Source: Octopus vulgaris (Eukaryota). From it: 64,000 nucleotides of DNA. Position 1 is the stretch's first letter; each line of letters starts with the position of its first letter. A program made the translations under genes and the position numbers. The stretch lies in the NCBI GenBank assembly GCA_951406725.2, contig OX597823.1, forward strand, positions 57,598,001 through 57,662,000. The letters are read 5' to 3'. This document shows, piece by piece, positions 1 through 12,781 of this stretch. The notes under the pieces are model-generated. The model ran no database searches, was not told where the DNA came from, and worked only from the letters and a program-made list of their open reading frames with translations.

Positions 1-399
1 GAATTTTAGTCGAATGAATCGACCCCAGTACTTATTTTTTAAATCCTGTTATTTGTTCTATCCAACTTTTCTGCCGATCCGCTATGTTAGAGAAACGTTA
101 AGCACAACGACACATGTTGTCAAGCGCTGGCGGGGAACAAACGCAGCCATACACACACACACATACACACGTGCGCGCTTGCACACACACACACACACAA
201 ACACACACATACATACACGCGCGCATGCACACACACACACACACACGCACACATTCACAATTAGTTTCCGTCTCTTCATATCCACTTACAAGGATCTATA
301 GTAGAAGACACTTGCCCAACGTGTAGTGCAGTGGAACTGAACTCAGAACCATGTGGTTGCAAAGCAACACTTTTACCACACAACCATGATATATATGAG

Positions 400-740
400 T
401 ATATGTATGAATGCATTAATGCACACCAATACGGTAACACATACATACATACACACACACACACACATACATATATACATACATTCATACATACATACAT
501 ACATACAAGCATACATACATACATACATACATTCATACATACATTCATACATACATACATTCATACATACATACATACATACACTCATACATACATACAT
601 ACATACATACACACACATACATACACACATACATACAAACATACGTACATACATACATACTTACATATACTTTTATACGTATAATGGTATGTGCATATAA
701 GCTTGTTTGTGTATATATATATATATATATATATACACGC
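400..740. repeat. Compound (CATA)n/(CA)n/(TA)n microsatellite (representative of dozens in the window)
   Basis: Tandem CATA/CA/TA units read directly; similar tracts at e.g. 11465-11630, 11770-12180, 42935-43050 and 59240-59720. Confidence 0.95.
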
Positions 741-1009
741 GACTATACACATGTCTATCTCTCACTGTAGTTTTACATTCTTACACTCTGCGCAACAACG
801 TTCACAAGCACCATCTTCACAACGCCGTAGATTCACCACTATAACCGCCATCATCCCCATCAAGACCAGCTGGAGCACCATCACAAATACCAACAAAAAC
901 AACAACAGCAGCAGCAGCAGCGTCAATTAATAGCAACAATAACTGATGCTTTATGTTTTGTTACATCAGATTTTATTTTTACTTTCGTGTATTTTTACTA
1001 CTATTTATA

Positions 1010-1279
1010 GTTATAATCATCATCACCATCATCATAACCTTCTTCTTCTTCATCGTAATCATCATCATCAGTAGCAGCAGCAGCAGCAGCAGTAGCAGAA
1101 GCAGTTGCAGCAGCAGTAGCAGCAGCAGTAGCAGTAGCAGCAACAGCACCAACATCAACAGCACCATCACCTCCTCCCTGACTCAATTATCACGATTGAC
1201 CATCATCAGCATCAGCCGCAACATCACCGTCACCACCATCATCATAATGATGATCATCGCCACCATCATCGTCGTCGTT

Positions 1280-1346
<67 letters not shown>

Positions 1347-1400
1347 ACATCATCATCATCATCATCATCAACATCATCATCATCATCATCATCATCCTCA
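1010..1400. repeat. Compound triplet microsatellite (CAT)n/(CAG)n/(TAG)n
   Basis: Direct reading; explains the poly-I, poly-M and poly-D ORFs. Confidence 0.95.
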
Positions 1401-1854
1401 CTAGACACAGTCTATAAGTGTACATTGTAATCAATAAAAAAAAACCTATTTTTTCTATTCCGGTATTATTTAGTTTGTTTACTATGGTTTATTGTTGTTG
1501 TTGTTGCTGTTGTTTGTAGCTGTTGGTTGTTGATGTTTTTGTTGTTATTGTTGTCGGTGTCGGTCGATGATATTGTTGCCTCGGTTGATGTTGCTGTTTT
1601 TGCACTCATTGTTGCTTGTTGGTTATTTTAGTCGTGTTAGTGGTGTTACCCCAGCTAAATTGTGGCTGTTGATAGAATAGCAGCAGCAGCAGCAGCAGTA
1701 GCTCAACTAATAGTAGTAATTGTAGTAGTTGCTCCAATTGTTTTTTGTTTTAATTTTTGTACTTGTAGTTCGAAATCCGCCATGACGGTCCATTTTTCAG
1801 ATCGACTCACTTTCAGTTGGACCATTCTGTTTAATTTTTCAATTCCTTTTTACA

Positions 1855-2026
1855 GGCGCAGGAGTGGCTGTGTGGTAAGTAGCTTGCTAACCAACCACAT
1901 GGTTCCGGGTTCAGTCCCACTGCGTGGCATCTTGGGCAAGTGTCTTCTGCTATAGCCCCGGGCCGACCAATGCCTTGTGAGTGGATTTGGTAGACGGAAA
2001 CTGAAAGAAGCCTGTCATATATATAT

Positions 2027-2064
<38 letters not shown>

Positions 2065-2279
2065 TTTTGTGTCTATGTTTGTCCCCCTAGCATTGTTTGA
2101 CAACCGATGCTGGTGTGTTTACGTCCCCGTTACTTAGCGGTTTGGCAAAAGAGACCGATAAAAAAAGTACTGGGCTTACAAAAAGAATAAGTCCCGGGGT
2201 CGAGTTGCTCGATCAAAGGTGGTGCTCCAGCATGGCCGCAGTCAAATGACTGAAACAAGTAAAAGAGTAAAAAGAGTAA
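1855..2279 (+). mobile_element. tRNA-derived SINE family A, full-length, with internal (TA)n(TG)n tract
   Basis: Box A-like TGGCTGTGTGG, box B-like GGTTCAGTCCC, CORE-like CTTGGGCAAGTG, tail ...CAAATGACTGAAACAAGTAAAAGAGTAAAAAGAG. More than 15 copies or fragments, e.g. 1-388(-), 6491-6876(+), 9470-9850(-), 12398-12735(+), 14548-15192(-), 25315-25742(-), 50920-51375(-), 55225-55623(-), 61926-62311(+). Confidence 0.9.
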
Positions 2280-2540
2280 TAGTACATCTAGATCTACGTG
2301 ATCCAATGCGTTTTGTATTGTGCAAGATGGTGAGATTTGAGACCTGATTGTTATATAAGAATCTGTCATAATGGCTGAGGTTGACCGTTCTTTGCGCTTG
2401 TATGCGGTGGTGGCCTGGGCAAAGATTTTGGCTCATTCGTGTAAGTCTCCTTTTCTACTCCACGCCTGCCGTGTTTATTCAATGTCACAGTGTCGTCACA
2501 GACATGACTATTAGAACAAAAACAGCCAGATGAAATACCA

Positions 2541-2774
2541 CACTGGTTCTCAACGATGGTCCGTATGAGCCTTGGGTGGGTCTGTATAAAATTTTATTAT
2601 TGCAGTTTATGAGCAATAAATTGTTTATACCTCTACAATACACAAAATACTTTAATTTATATAATACTATTCTCAATAATATCTAATTATAAAAATATAA
2701 TTTGATATTTTAACATGGCGGTGGGGTCCAATAGAATAAAGTAGGAATCGGCAAAATATGGTCAAGAACCACTG
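2541..2774. mobile_element. Degenerate hAT (Charlie-like) MITE
   Basis: Termini CACTGGTTCTCAAC ... GTCAAGAACCACTG are imperfect inverted repeats of the CAGTGGTTCTCAAC type; 8-bp flanks match only 5/8. Confidence 0.65.
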
Positions 2775-3066
2775 ATATACTGTAAGGCGTCTATTCAACC
2801 CCACTAAAAGTCCCGCCAATACAAATCCCTGAATTGGCACATTTTTGTTTTACGTAAGTTTATAAAAGAAATATTAAACACTCATTTGACCTTAGCGAGG
2901 TTTGAACTTAGAGCGTAGAGCATCTGAAAAGGCACGGTAAGAAACTTTTAGCAAACGCTCAAATTAGGCTCATCAATCTTGAAAAAGACACGCTGCATAT
3001 TGTTTTAAGTTTCCCTACACATGAAAGAAAACAAATGAAATTGTCACGGCAGGTATGGATCTAAAA

Positions 3067-3296
3067 GGCGGCGAGCTGGCAGAAACGTTAGCACGCCGGG
3101 CGAAATGCGTCGCCGTATTTCGTCTGCCGTTACGTTCTGAGTTCAAATTCCGCCGAGGTCGACTTTGCCTTTCATCCTTTCGGGTTCGATAAATTAAGTA
3201 CCAGTTACGCACTGGGGTCGATGTAATTGACTTAATCCCTTTGTCTGTCCTTGTTTGTTCACTCTATGTTTAGCCTCTTGTGGGTAGTAAAGAAAT
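3067..3296 (+). mobile_element. SINE family B (long-tail variant) with 16-bp TSD
   Basis: Head GGCGGCGAGCTGGCAGAA, box B-like GAGTTCAAATTCC, central GTCGACTTTGCCTTTCATCCTTTCGGG..GATAAA..AAGTACCAG (recalls the Meta/Sauria-type SINE central domain). TSD AGGTATGGATCTAAAA (3051-3066) / AGGTATGGATTTAAAA (3297-3312). Same variant at 11178-11410(-), 40527-40757(+), 42330-42561(-), 45607-45826(-). Confidence 0.9.
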
Positions 3297-3404
3297 AGGT
3301 ATGGATTTAAAACAATAGTTTATTTTTCTAAAGGTTTGGTTTACGACACGATTTAATTTTTAACATTCCGTGCGAAATTTGCTTGTAATTTTGTGTTCGA
3401 TCTT

Positions 3405-3619
3405 AGGGTGATGAGTTATCAGAATCGTTTGTACTCCAGACAAAATGCTTAGTAGCATCTCATCCGTCTTCGTGTTCTGAGTTCAAATTCTGCCGAGGTC
3501 GACTTTGCCTTTAATCCTTTCGGGATCGATGAAATAAATGTTAGTTAAGCACTAGGATCGATGTACTCAACTTACCTCTACCCCGAAATTATTGGCCCTG
3601 AGCCAAAATTTCAAACCGG
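3405..3619 (+). mobile_element. SINE family B (short-tail variant) with perfect 16-bp TSD
   Basis: TSD TTTTGTGTTCGATCTT at 3389-3404 and 3620-3635; tail ...GCCAAAATTTCAAACC. Other copies at 8230-8440(-), 23368-23583(-), 32701-32912(+), 58276-58490(+). Confidence 0.88.
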
Positions 3620-3779
3620 TTTTGTGTTCGATCTTCATTATGCCATAAAGTATAAATAAAGAATTGTTGGCATATATTTTACCTATTCTCCCCACTTGAT
3701 TGGGTAATATTTTAGGGCTTATAAATTTTTCCTATCCTTCCTTAATACTGGTTCCCATATGCTACTCATATCTGCACTC

Positions 3780-4320
3780 GGTCTACATAAAGAGCAAATC
3801 CGTTTCCCGCAATACAAGCAAATTCCTCTCAGTGAACATATCGAAAAATGTGCAAATTTCACAGTCTTCCCCTTCTACCAGTGCAAAAACACAATCTCTC
3901 CACAAGAAAGTTTAAATAAAGAAACTTTTTTCATTGAAAAATACAGAATACGTCTTAATATGTATGCATAACCAGGTTTTATCGTTTTACAGACTTCAAT
4001 TCATGATTACATCACTGTACATAAATCCCCTCACTAAACAAGTTTTTCGAAACCTGTTTTTGTCTGTACATATATAGACCCTTCCATTTCCGAAAGCTGA
4101 ACAGTTATCTCCCTTACCCACAACAATAACAATAATAATGATAACCAATTAGCTCCCTTATTCACTCATAAATATCATCACATACAACATGAAGAAAATT
4201 ACTTCTTAAGAAAATACACGTTCAAATAACTGAAACATATCATGAATAGCGATAGTGAAACCGGTCGAAATATTAAAAATTATATTAAAACTATGTAAAG
4301 TGCGTTTATTTTCTTTTTTA

Positions 4321-4325
<5 letters not shown>
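3780..4325 (+). mobile_element. Penelope-like retroelement 3' fragment: GIY-YIG endonuclease C-terminus plus 3' UTR/pLTR
   Basis: ORF 3759-3971 ends HKEQIRFPQYKQIPLSEHIEKCANFTVFPFYQCK...KETFFIEKYRIRLN, matching the H..QI..SEH..C..F..E..FI..Y...LN pattern of PLE GIY-YIG domains; hammerhead-like motif downstream at ~4242-4275. Confidence 0.75.
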
Positions 4326-4396
<71 letters not shown>

Positions 4397-4844
4397 TAAG
4401 CTATAATGGGAAAATAAAGGAAGAAACAGCACAAGTCAATTGAAATAAGAGCAGAAATAACGTTTTGAGCGTAGCGCTTCGTCTGGTGGAGACAAAGTCG
4501 AGAGAGGAGAAAAGGGATGAAAGAGCATGTAGTCCATAAAAAAGCACGAGTATCGTTACACTTGTTTCAGTGAATGTTTTGCAGTTAAGCTGGGGTATCG
4601 TTTACAAGATTTTATTCAATTAATCTGTCTTCACTTAATTCTTTATGTATTTCTAACCGTTTTCTGTCGAGCGCATGTTGCCGGTTCGCTACATCACCTC
4701 TTTGCAACCATCTACTTTCGGATTCAGCCCCACTACGACAAACTCTGGCAAGTTTGTCTTTCTACAGCCCCAGGCCTCTCTTGCCTTGTAAATGCTTTTG
4801 TAGGACAGAATCTGTGGATGACCATCACATATATATAAACAAAT

Positions 4845-4885
<41 letters not shown>

Positions 4886-4892
4886 AATATAT

Positions 4893-5387
4893 GGAAACGT
4901 ATCACTAGTATCAAAGCATAAAAAGCATTCTAAATGCTCTGAAATCATCAGATCACCTGAATTTATCCACCAAGTTCAACAGACCATTGATTACAATCCC
5001 AGAAAATCCATGAGACCAATTGCAAAATATCTCTATGAGTTAGAAATGTTGTCCCCGAAGACATCAGGTGTAAGTCTTATATGATGCGGAAAGGTAATTT
5101 TGTGAGAAAAATCAAAAGAAAATAACTACATCAGATCTATAAGGCTCTTCAACAAACTGAAAAATCCACCAGAAGATTTGATTTGGTTTTTCTCAAACAA
5201 GAAAAACTTCGACCAAGATCCAAAAGTTAACAGAAGAAATGACAGATTGTTATGTAAAAACCCTTCTGAAGTTCCAAATGTTATGCATACAAAATTTCCT
5301 GCAACTGTCATGATTTTTAGGGTTGTCAGCAATAAAGGACATGCGATGCCTCCTTCCTGCTTTCCACAAGGCCTTAGAGTTAACTCG
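4893..5387 (+). pseudogene. IS630-Tc1-mariner transposase relic
   Basis: WFFSNKKNFDQDPKVNRRNDRLLCKNPSEVPNVMHTKFPATVMIFRVVSNKGHAMPP..FPQGLRVN (decayed FSDEK motif); upstream IIRSPEFIHQVQQTIDYNPRKSMRPIAK is HTH-like; frameshifted and truncated. Confidence 0.85.
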
Positions 5388-5784
5388 GAAAAGATCTACT
5401 GCATGAGGAATTTGCCACGGGGAGAAGAGCACGAGAACGACCTCATCATCGTTTCAAGGACCTCTGTAAGAGGAATATGAAGTTACTTGATCTGAACGTC
5501 CTGAGATGGGAGGAGATGGCAAATGATCACACACACGCTGGAGATAAAAACTGCGAAAGGGAATGAACCGAGCGGAAGAGAAACAGAAACTCGCCACCAA
5601 AGAAAAACTCACTCGGCAGAAGGAAAAACTAGTAGCGACAGCAGAGCTCCTTCAAATGCAGTCGCTGTATACTTGACTTCTACTCCCGCGTGGACCTGCA
5701 ACAGCCACAACAGACTCTGCACCACCATCAGCAGTTGGCACGATTTCTTCGAGCGCAGAGCCAACGGATGCCTACTACTACTAT

Positions 5785-5826
<42 letters not shown>
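5388..5826 (+). mobile_element. RTE-clade LINE 3' end with (TAC)n tail
   Basis: Manual translation KDLLHEEFATGRRARERPHHRFKDLCKRNMKLLDLNVLRWEEMANDHTRWR, then a decayed C-terminal Cys/His finger; ends GCCAACGGATGCC(TAC)n. Confidence 0.8.
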
Positions 5827-6221
5827 ATATATATATATATATATATGTATGTATCTATGTATGTGTATATATATGTATATATATGTATATATGTATATAT
5901 ATATGTATATATATATATATGTATGTGTATGTATATATATATATACTCTCTTTTACTCTTTTAATCGTTTCAGTCATTTGCCCGGGGCCATACTGGAGCA
6001 CCGCCTTTTAGTCGAGCAAATCAATCCCAGGACTTATTCTTTGGAATCCTAGTTCTATCGGTCACTTTTGCCGAACCGCTAAGTTACGGGGACATAAACA
6101 AACCAGCATCGGTCGTTAAGCGATGTTGGGTGGACAAACACAGACACACAAACATATACACGCACACATACACACACACATACTCACTCACACACTCACA
6201 CAGACACACACACACACACAT

Positions 6222-6485
6222 ATAGCACTCACGATCGCTAGATCATGATTTCAATTCCTAGTAGTGCGCTATGTTCTTGAGCAAGACACTTAATCTCGCG
6301 TTCTCCTGCGATTACTTCGACACCTGACGCATAGTACTCAGTGCACCTGGTCAAATAACGTCGAATTAAAGGAGAGAGCGAGCTAATGTGCAGCACGAGC
6401 ATTTGATCACTATAAACAAACCATTTGTGCAGGTCGTTCGGCAAAAGCTGAACGCTCATACATCATCTTCGACGGGAGAGTCCAT
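6222..6485 (+). mobile_element. SINE family F (CORE-like)
   Basis: GCACTCACGATCGC..., GTTCTTGAGCAAGACACT CORE-like motif; second diverged copy with tRNA-like head at ~61628-61915. Confidence 0.7.
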
Positions 6486-6644
6486 TATATAGGAGTGGCT
6501 GTGTGGTAAGTATAACCAGCCACATGGTTGCGGGTTCAGTCCCACTGCGTGGCATCTTGGGCAAGTGTCTTCTGCTATAGCCCCGGGCCGACCAATGCCT
6601 TGTGAGTGGATTTGGTAGACGGAAACTGAAAGAAGCCTGTCGTA

Positions 6645-6703
<59 letters not shown>

Positions 6704-6874
6704 TTGTGTGTCTGTGTTTGTCCCCCTAGCATTGCTTGACAACCGATGCTGGTGTGTTTACGTATCATATAAAGAGACCGATAGAATAAGTACTGGGCTT
6801 ACAAAGAATAAGTCCGGGTCGATTTGCTCGACTAAAGGCGGTGCTCCAGCATGCCGCAGTCAAATATGAAACAA

Positions 6875-6914
<40 letters not shown>

Positions 6915-6918
<4 letters not shown>

Positions 6919-7130
6919 GAGGGGGAATTCACGAAAAAGAAAAACAAAAGACGAAGACAAGTGGTGTAGAAAACAAAGAGATGTATTAGTATAACGCTCG
7001 GAAATTGAAAAATGTTTTTAACGTTTCGAGCCTACGCTCTTCCACAGAAAGGAACACAGAAAGAAACAAGGAGAGAAAAAAATACATATAAAAACGACCC
7101 TTCTGTCCGGCATTTGGTATGATAGATCGG
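6915..7130 (-). mobile_element. Penelope-like pLTR remnant with minimal hammerhead variant
   Basis: Minus strand TTT-CTGTGGA-A-GAGC-GTAG-GCTC-GAA-ACGT-T-AAA (7014-7052); related sequence at 28940-29100; bounded by (TA)n and (CA)n. Confidence 0.6.
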
Positions 7131-7156
7131 TACACACACTACACACACACACACAC

Positions 7157-7276
<120 letters not shown>

Positions 7277-9425
7277 GCATATATAGATGTTAGTGTGTAT
7301 GTATAAATAAAAGTGAGGTGATAACGAAAACGGTTCACAAAAAAGGACAGATAGACATGGTAATCCTGTTGTCAACGTTGGAATCCAGAAAACAAAAGTG
7401 CCCACAATTTCAGCGCACAGTGTATAGAGTAATTATGCTCTACAGTAAGCCTGTGTGAACAATAAGATATTTTTATATATGTATGCATGCATGTGTGCTT
7501 GTCTATGAATGAGTTCGTGTCGTTTAAATATATAAAAACAAATTGTAACGTAGACACTTTAGTCACACGAGAAAATAACTACCAGGCTAAAATAAATCCC
7601 GGCAGGTTATTATGGAGTAAAAGTCCTTAAAGACAATCATCCAGCTGACCACTGTCCACTGAGATTTGAAGCAGGAAAGAAAATATAGAATAATGAATAT
7701 AAACGAAGAAACATACATGCGAGGCCATTTGGGGTTGAGATTCGCTTTGTAACTACGTGGTTCCGGGTTCAGCTTCACTGTTTGACATCTTGGGCTAGTT
7801 CCTTCTACTATAGCCTCAGACTGACCAATGCCCCAGATTGACCAGTTGCCTTGTGAGTGAATTTAGTCGGAACTGTGCGAAAACCCTTTTTTAAATATAT
7901 ATATATGTATATATATACATATATATGGTGGTGGTGGTAGGGGGTTGATTTTGTTTTTGTTCTATCTTCATTGCTTGACAACTTCTTTGATTTTGTTTTA
8001 CGTCACCGTAACTTAACGACTCGGCAGAAGAGACCGATAGAATAGATAGATACCAGACTTAGAATGAGTACTGTGGTCGATTTCTTTGACCATACCTTTC
8101 AATGCAGTGCCCGTGTATGGACGCAGTCCAGTGGCTAGAGCGAGAAAAATATAAGCGGGATATACTAGATATATCTTTCTACGATCTTTACACTTTTCAT
8201 CCACCACATTTAATTTAATTCCTATATGCTGGTTTCAAATTTTGGCACGGGGCCAGGAATTTCGGAGGAGTGGTAAGTCGATTACATCGAACCAAGTGTT
8301 CAATTGGTATTGATTTTATCGAACCCGAAAGGATTAAAAGCAAAACTGACTGTAGTGGAATTTGAACTCAGAACGTAAAGAAGGACAAAATGGCGCTATG
8401 AATTTTTTCCGCCTTACTAACGACTCTGCCAGCTCGACGTGCCTTGCATACAGTCAGACCTGACAGAGTCTACCTTCTGGATGTCTAAACGAAGGAGATT
8501 TCTTTCAGAAAGAAGAGTGACAAATATACAGATAGAAAACTTGAAGGAAAGGATAGAATCGATACCAGTACAGTACTGATAGGTTATATATAGGTCCACT
8601 GACTAGAATGTTGGATATTATCAAAAGCCGCAGAATGCTACAACAATTTATTCGGCGCTGTGCAAAGAAATTTGCTCGGTGCCGTGCAAAACAATTTTTT
8701 CGGCGCTCTGAGGACTCTACCATTTGGGAGCTGCCCATGCACGCATACATACATACATACATACATACATACATACATACATACATACATACATACATAC
8801 ATGCATGCATGCATAACTACATACGTGCATGCATGGATGAATACATACACACGTAAATACATACATAAAACATACATATATACTTATTAATTCATTTATC
8901 TATTCATCTATACATATACACATATATATATGTGCATATAAACATGCATTTTCTTTGATATCCATTCATACACACACACACACACATATATAAGTGTGTG
9001 TGTGTGTGTGTGTACATGTGTGTGTGCTCATAATCATATCTATATGTATATATATGTGTACGTAATTATGTGGGCTTATGTGTGTGAGTATGCGTAACCA
9101 GATAGATATACGTATGCATGTCTATATGTACCTATCACCCTTCGATACACACACATATTGTAAAAGGTTAAAGGCTCCCTTCAGTCATAAATGATCATGG
9201 GATTGCACTTAGAAATTTCCCCTCCGATGTACGAGTCCAGGCAAGGTTGTTTTAGTGAAGACCAGCAGTCGGCCATGCATGCCAGCCTCCCTTCCATGCC
9301 TCCAATATTATTCAAGAGAAAAGCAAAGGCAAGATACAGCTTGGCACCGGTGCTGTGTATAAAGGCATATAATTGTGGGTATGCAAATATATGTATGCAA
9401 TTTTATATATGTGCAGTACATTGAG

Positions 9426-9457
<32 letters not shown>

Positions 9458-9725
9458 TTATATATATATATTCTTTTACTTGTTTCAGTCATTTGAAAAC
9501 GGCAATGCTAGAGAAATGCCTTGAGTGTTAGTTGAAGAAATCGAACTCCAGGACTTATTCTTTGTAAATCTAGTGCTTATTCTATCAGTCTGTTTTGCCG
9601 AACCGCTAAGTTACAGGGACATAAACACACTAGCATCAATTGTTAAGCGATGGCGGGGAGGGGTGACAAACACAAGAGCACACATACACAGATATATACA
9701 CACATACATATATTTGTGTGTGTGG

Positions 9726-9756
<31 letters not shown>

Positions 9757-10169
9757 CGAATTCTCTCCGGATTTTCCAAGGTGCCATGCAGTGGGACTGA
9801 ACCCGGATCCATGTGGTTACGAAGAAAGCTACTTACCACACAGTCACGCGAATAAAATCACCAGCACCAACATCAGCAGGTGCATTATCACAACCAACAC
9901 GAATAGTATTACCAGCACCAGCACCACCACCACTACCACGATACCAGATATAGAATACCATATGATGTATGCTTAAACCAGTAAGCAAATAAATATCGTG
10001 TACGTTAAGTTAATATTTAGTAGTGCTTTAGTGCTCTCTGTTTTAACTTCTGTGACAACGACAAGCCGAGCTAGTGTTGAATACTTGCAAGCAGCACTAG
10101 TAGTCACTGTAGACGCTATAGTCACAGTAGTCAGTCATTTCCATTCATTCAGTGAATTGATAGACATTA

Positions 10170-10264
10170 TTAGTCATCCAGACAAGCGTCTTTCTCCTCA
10201 TCATCTTTACGTTCCCCCACTACATCGGTGTCGTCTGCTCCCACCACATCACTGTCGTCTGCTA
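10170..10264 (-). CDS. Tentative terminal coding exon of a small secreted acidic peptide, (V)ADDSDVVGADDTDVVGERKDDEEKDACLDD*
   Basis: Long minus-strand pyrimidine tract (10290-10325), then CTCCAG|TAG|CAG tandem acceptors; phase 1 matches candidate exon 24537-24558; competing readings exist (see findings). Confidence 0.25.
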
Positions 10265-10810
10265 CTGGAGCAGACGGGGCAGAGGTAAAGATAGAAGAAA
10301 AAAAAGAAGAAAAAAAAGAAAAAATGAACCGTGGTGATTGTAGTACATTGTAGTTGGTATTTAGAGTGAAAGGTTGCATCGATGTTTGTATGTGTGTTTG
10401 TTGGGTCGTTTTGTTGTGATGCGTTCTGTGTAGTATTAATGGAATGTGACAGTATTGTGACAAAAGGTTGTGTACCACTTTGAAGATTATAGATATGCAG
10501 TCAAAGGTTCGAAATTGAAAGCAGTGTATATAGCAGAACCACTTTTGACGAAAATTATGTTGGTAAACCTACAATGAGAAAAAAATGTATCTTAAATTTA
10601 ATATATACATATTTTTATCTTTTACTTGTTTCATGGGCACCATATGAACGGATTTGGTCGAAGAAAACGACCTTAGTACATTTAAAAAAAAGTTTGGCAC
10701 TTATTCTTTCAGGTTCCTATTTTTGCCGAGCTGCTAAGTAACGGGGACGTAAACAAGGTAACAACGATTAAGACATAAATACACGCACACATAGATCTAT
10801 ATAGCCCGTC

Positions 10811-10936
<126 letters not shown>

Positions 10937-11064
10937 CGAGCTTCTTTCAGTCTTTATTTTGTAAATCCACTCACTGGTATTCACTAGTTTCCGCGTAATA
11001 GTAGAAGGTACTTGACCAGGGTGATACGCAGTGAGACCGAATACATAAATACATACATACATAC

Positions 11065-11166
<102 letters not shown>

Positions 11167-11464
11167 AGATAGACAGATCTTTCTTTACTACCCACAAGGG
11201 GCTAAACATAGAGGGGACAAACAAAGACAGACAAACGGATTAAGTCGATTACATCGACCCCAGTGCGAAACTGGTGCTTTATTTATCGACCCCGAAAAGA
11301 TGAAAGGCAAAGTCGACCTCGGTGGAATTTGAACTCAGAACGTAACGACAGACGAAATACCGCTAAGCATTTCGCCCGGCGTGCTAACGATTCTGCCAGC
11401 TCGACGCCTTCATATACGTAGAGATTGACAGTATACAACCATTCTCTCTCTCTCTCTCTCTCTC

Positions 11465-11528
<64 letters not shown>

Positions 11529-12735
11529 AGCATACATACATATATAAATACATACATACATACATACATACATACATACATACATACATACATACATACA
11601 GACACATACATACATACATACATACATACGAAATGCTCTTTGCAATCGTGTAGTTTGAGGTTCATTTCCACTGCGCGGCATCTTCGGCAAGTGTTTTTAC
11701 TATTGCTACTCGCAGAAAATACGCTGTGAATCAATGTTGTGGGCAGAAACTGAGATGAATCCGTCATATGCACACATACATACATTCATACATGCATACA
11801 TACATACATACATACATACATACATACATACATTCATACATACATACATACATTCATACATGCATACATACATACATACATACATACATACATGCATACA
11901 TACATACATACATTCATACATGCATACATACATACATACATACATACATACATACATACATTCATACATGCATACATACATACATACATGCATACATACA
12001 TACATACATACATGCATACATACATGCATACATACATTCATACATGCATACATACATACATATATGCATACATATATACATACATTCATACATGCATTCA
12101 TACATACATGCATATATACATACATACATGCATACATGCATACATACATACATACATACATACATACATACATACACACGCATAAATGTATTTATGCGCG
12201 TGTATGTGCGTGTGTTTGTGTGAATGTACCTTTGTACATATCTTTCTACTGCGTGAGAATTGGTGTGGGTTTGTTTACGTTTCTTTAAGTTGGTAGCTCA
12301 GATAAGGAGAGCAATAGCATAATTGCCAAAGAAAATTCGTATCGGTGATGGGGAGCGATTTGATCGGCTAAACTTTCAACGCTGCACTATATATATAAGC
12401 GCAGGCGTGGCTACGTGGTAAGAAGCTTGCTTCCATACCCAAAAGATTCCGCGTTCAGTCCTATTGTGTGGCACTTTGGGTAGGTGTTTTCTGCTACAGT
12501 CTCGGGCCGATCAAATCTTTGTGATTGGATTTAGTAAACGGAAACTGAAAGAAGCCCTTTGTAAATATATATGTGTGTGTGTGTGTGTTTGTGAAAGTGA
12601 GTGTATCTATGTGTGTGTGTCTTTGTGGGTGTGCTTAAGTCCCCGTAACCTAGCGATCCGGTAAAAGAACCGATAGAATCATCAGTAGGCCTAAGAAAAG
12701 CCCTGCAGTCAAATGAAAAATGAAAACAACTAAAA

Positions 12736-12779
<44 letters not shown>

Positions 12780-12781
<2 letters not shown>

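Noticed and set aside
14-1434. Long ORFs rich in HT/YI/VC/MYVC dipeptides or poly-I/L/N/D/Y (here and throughout the track)
   Set aside because: Translations of stop-free microsatellites, open in several frames and on both strands; no domain content.
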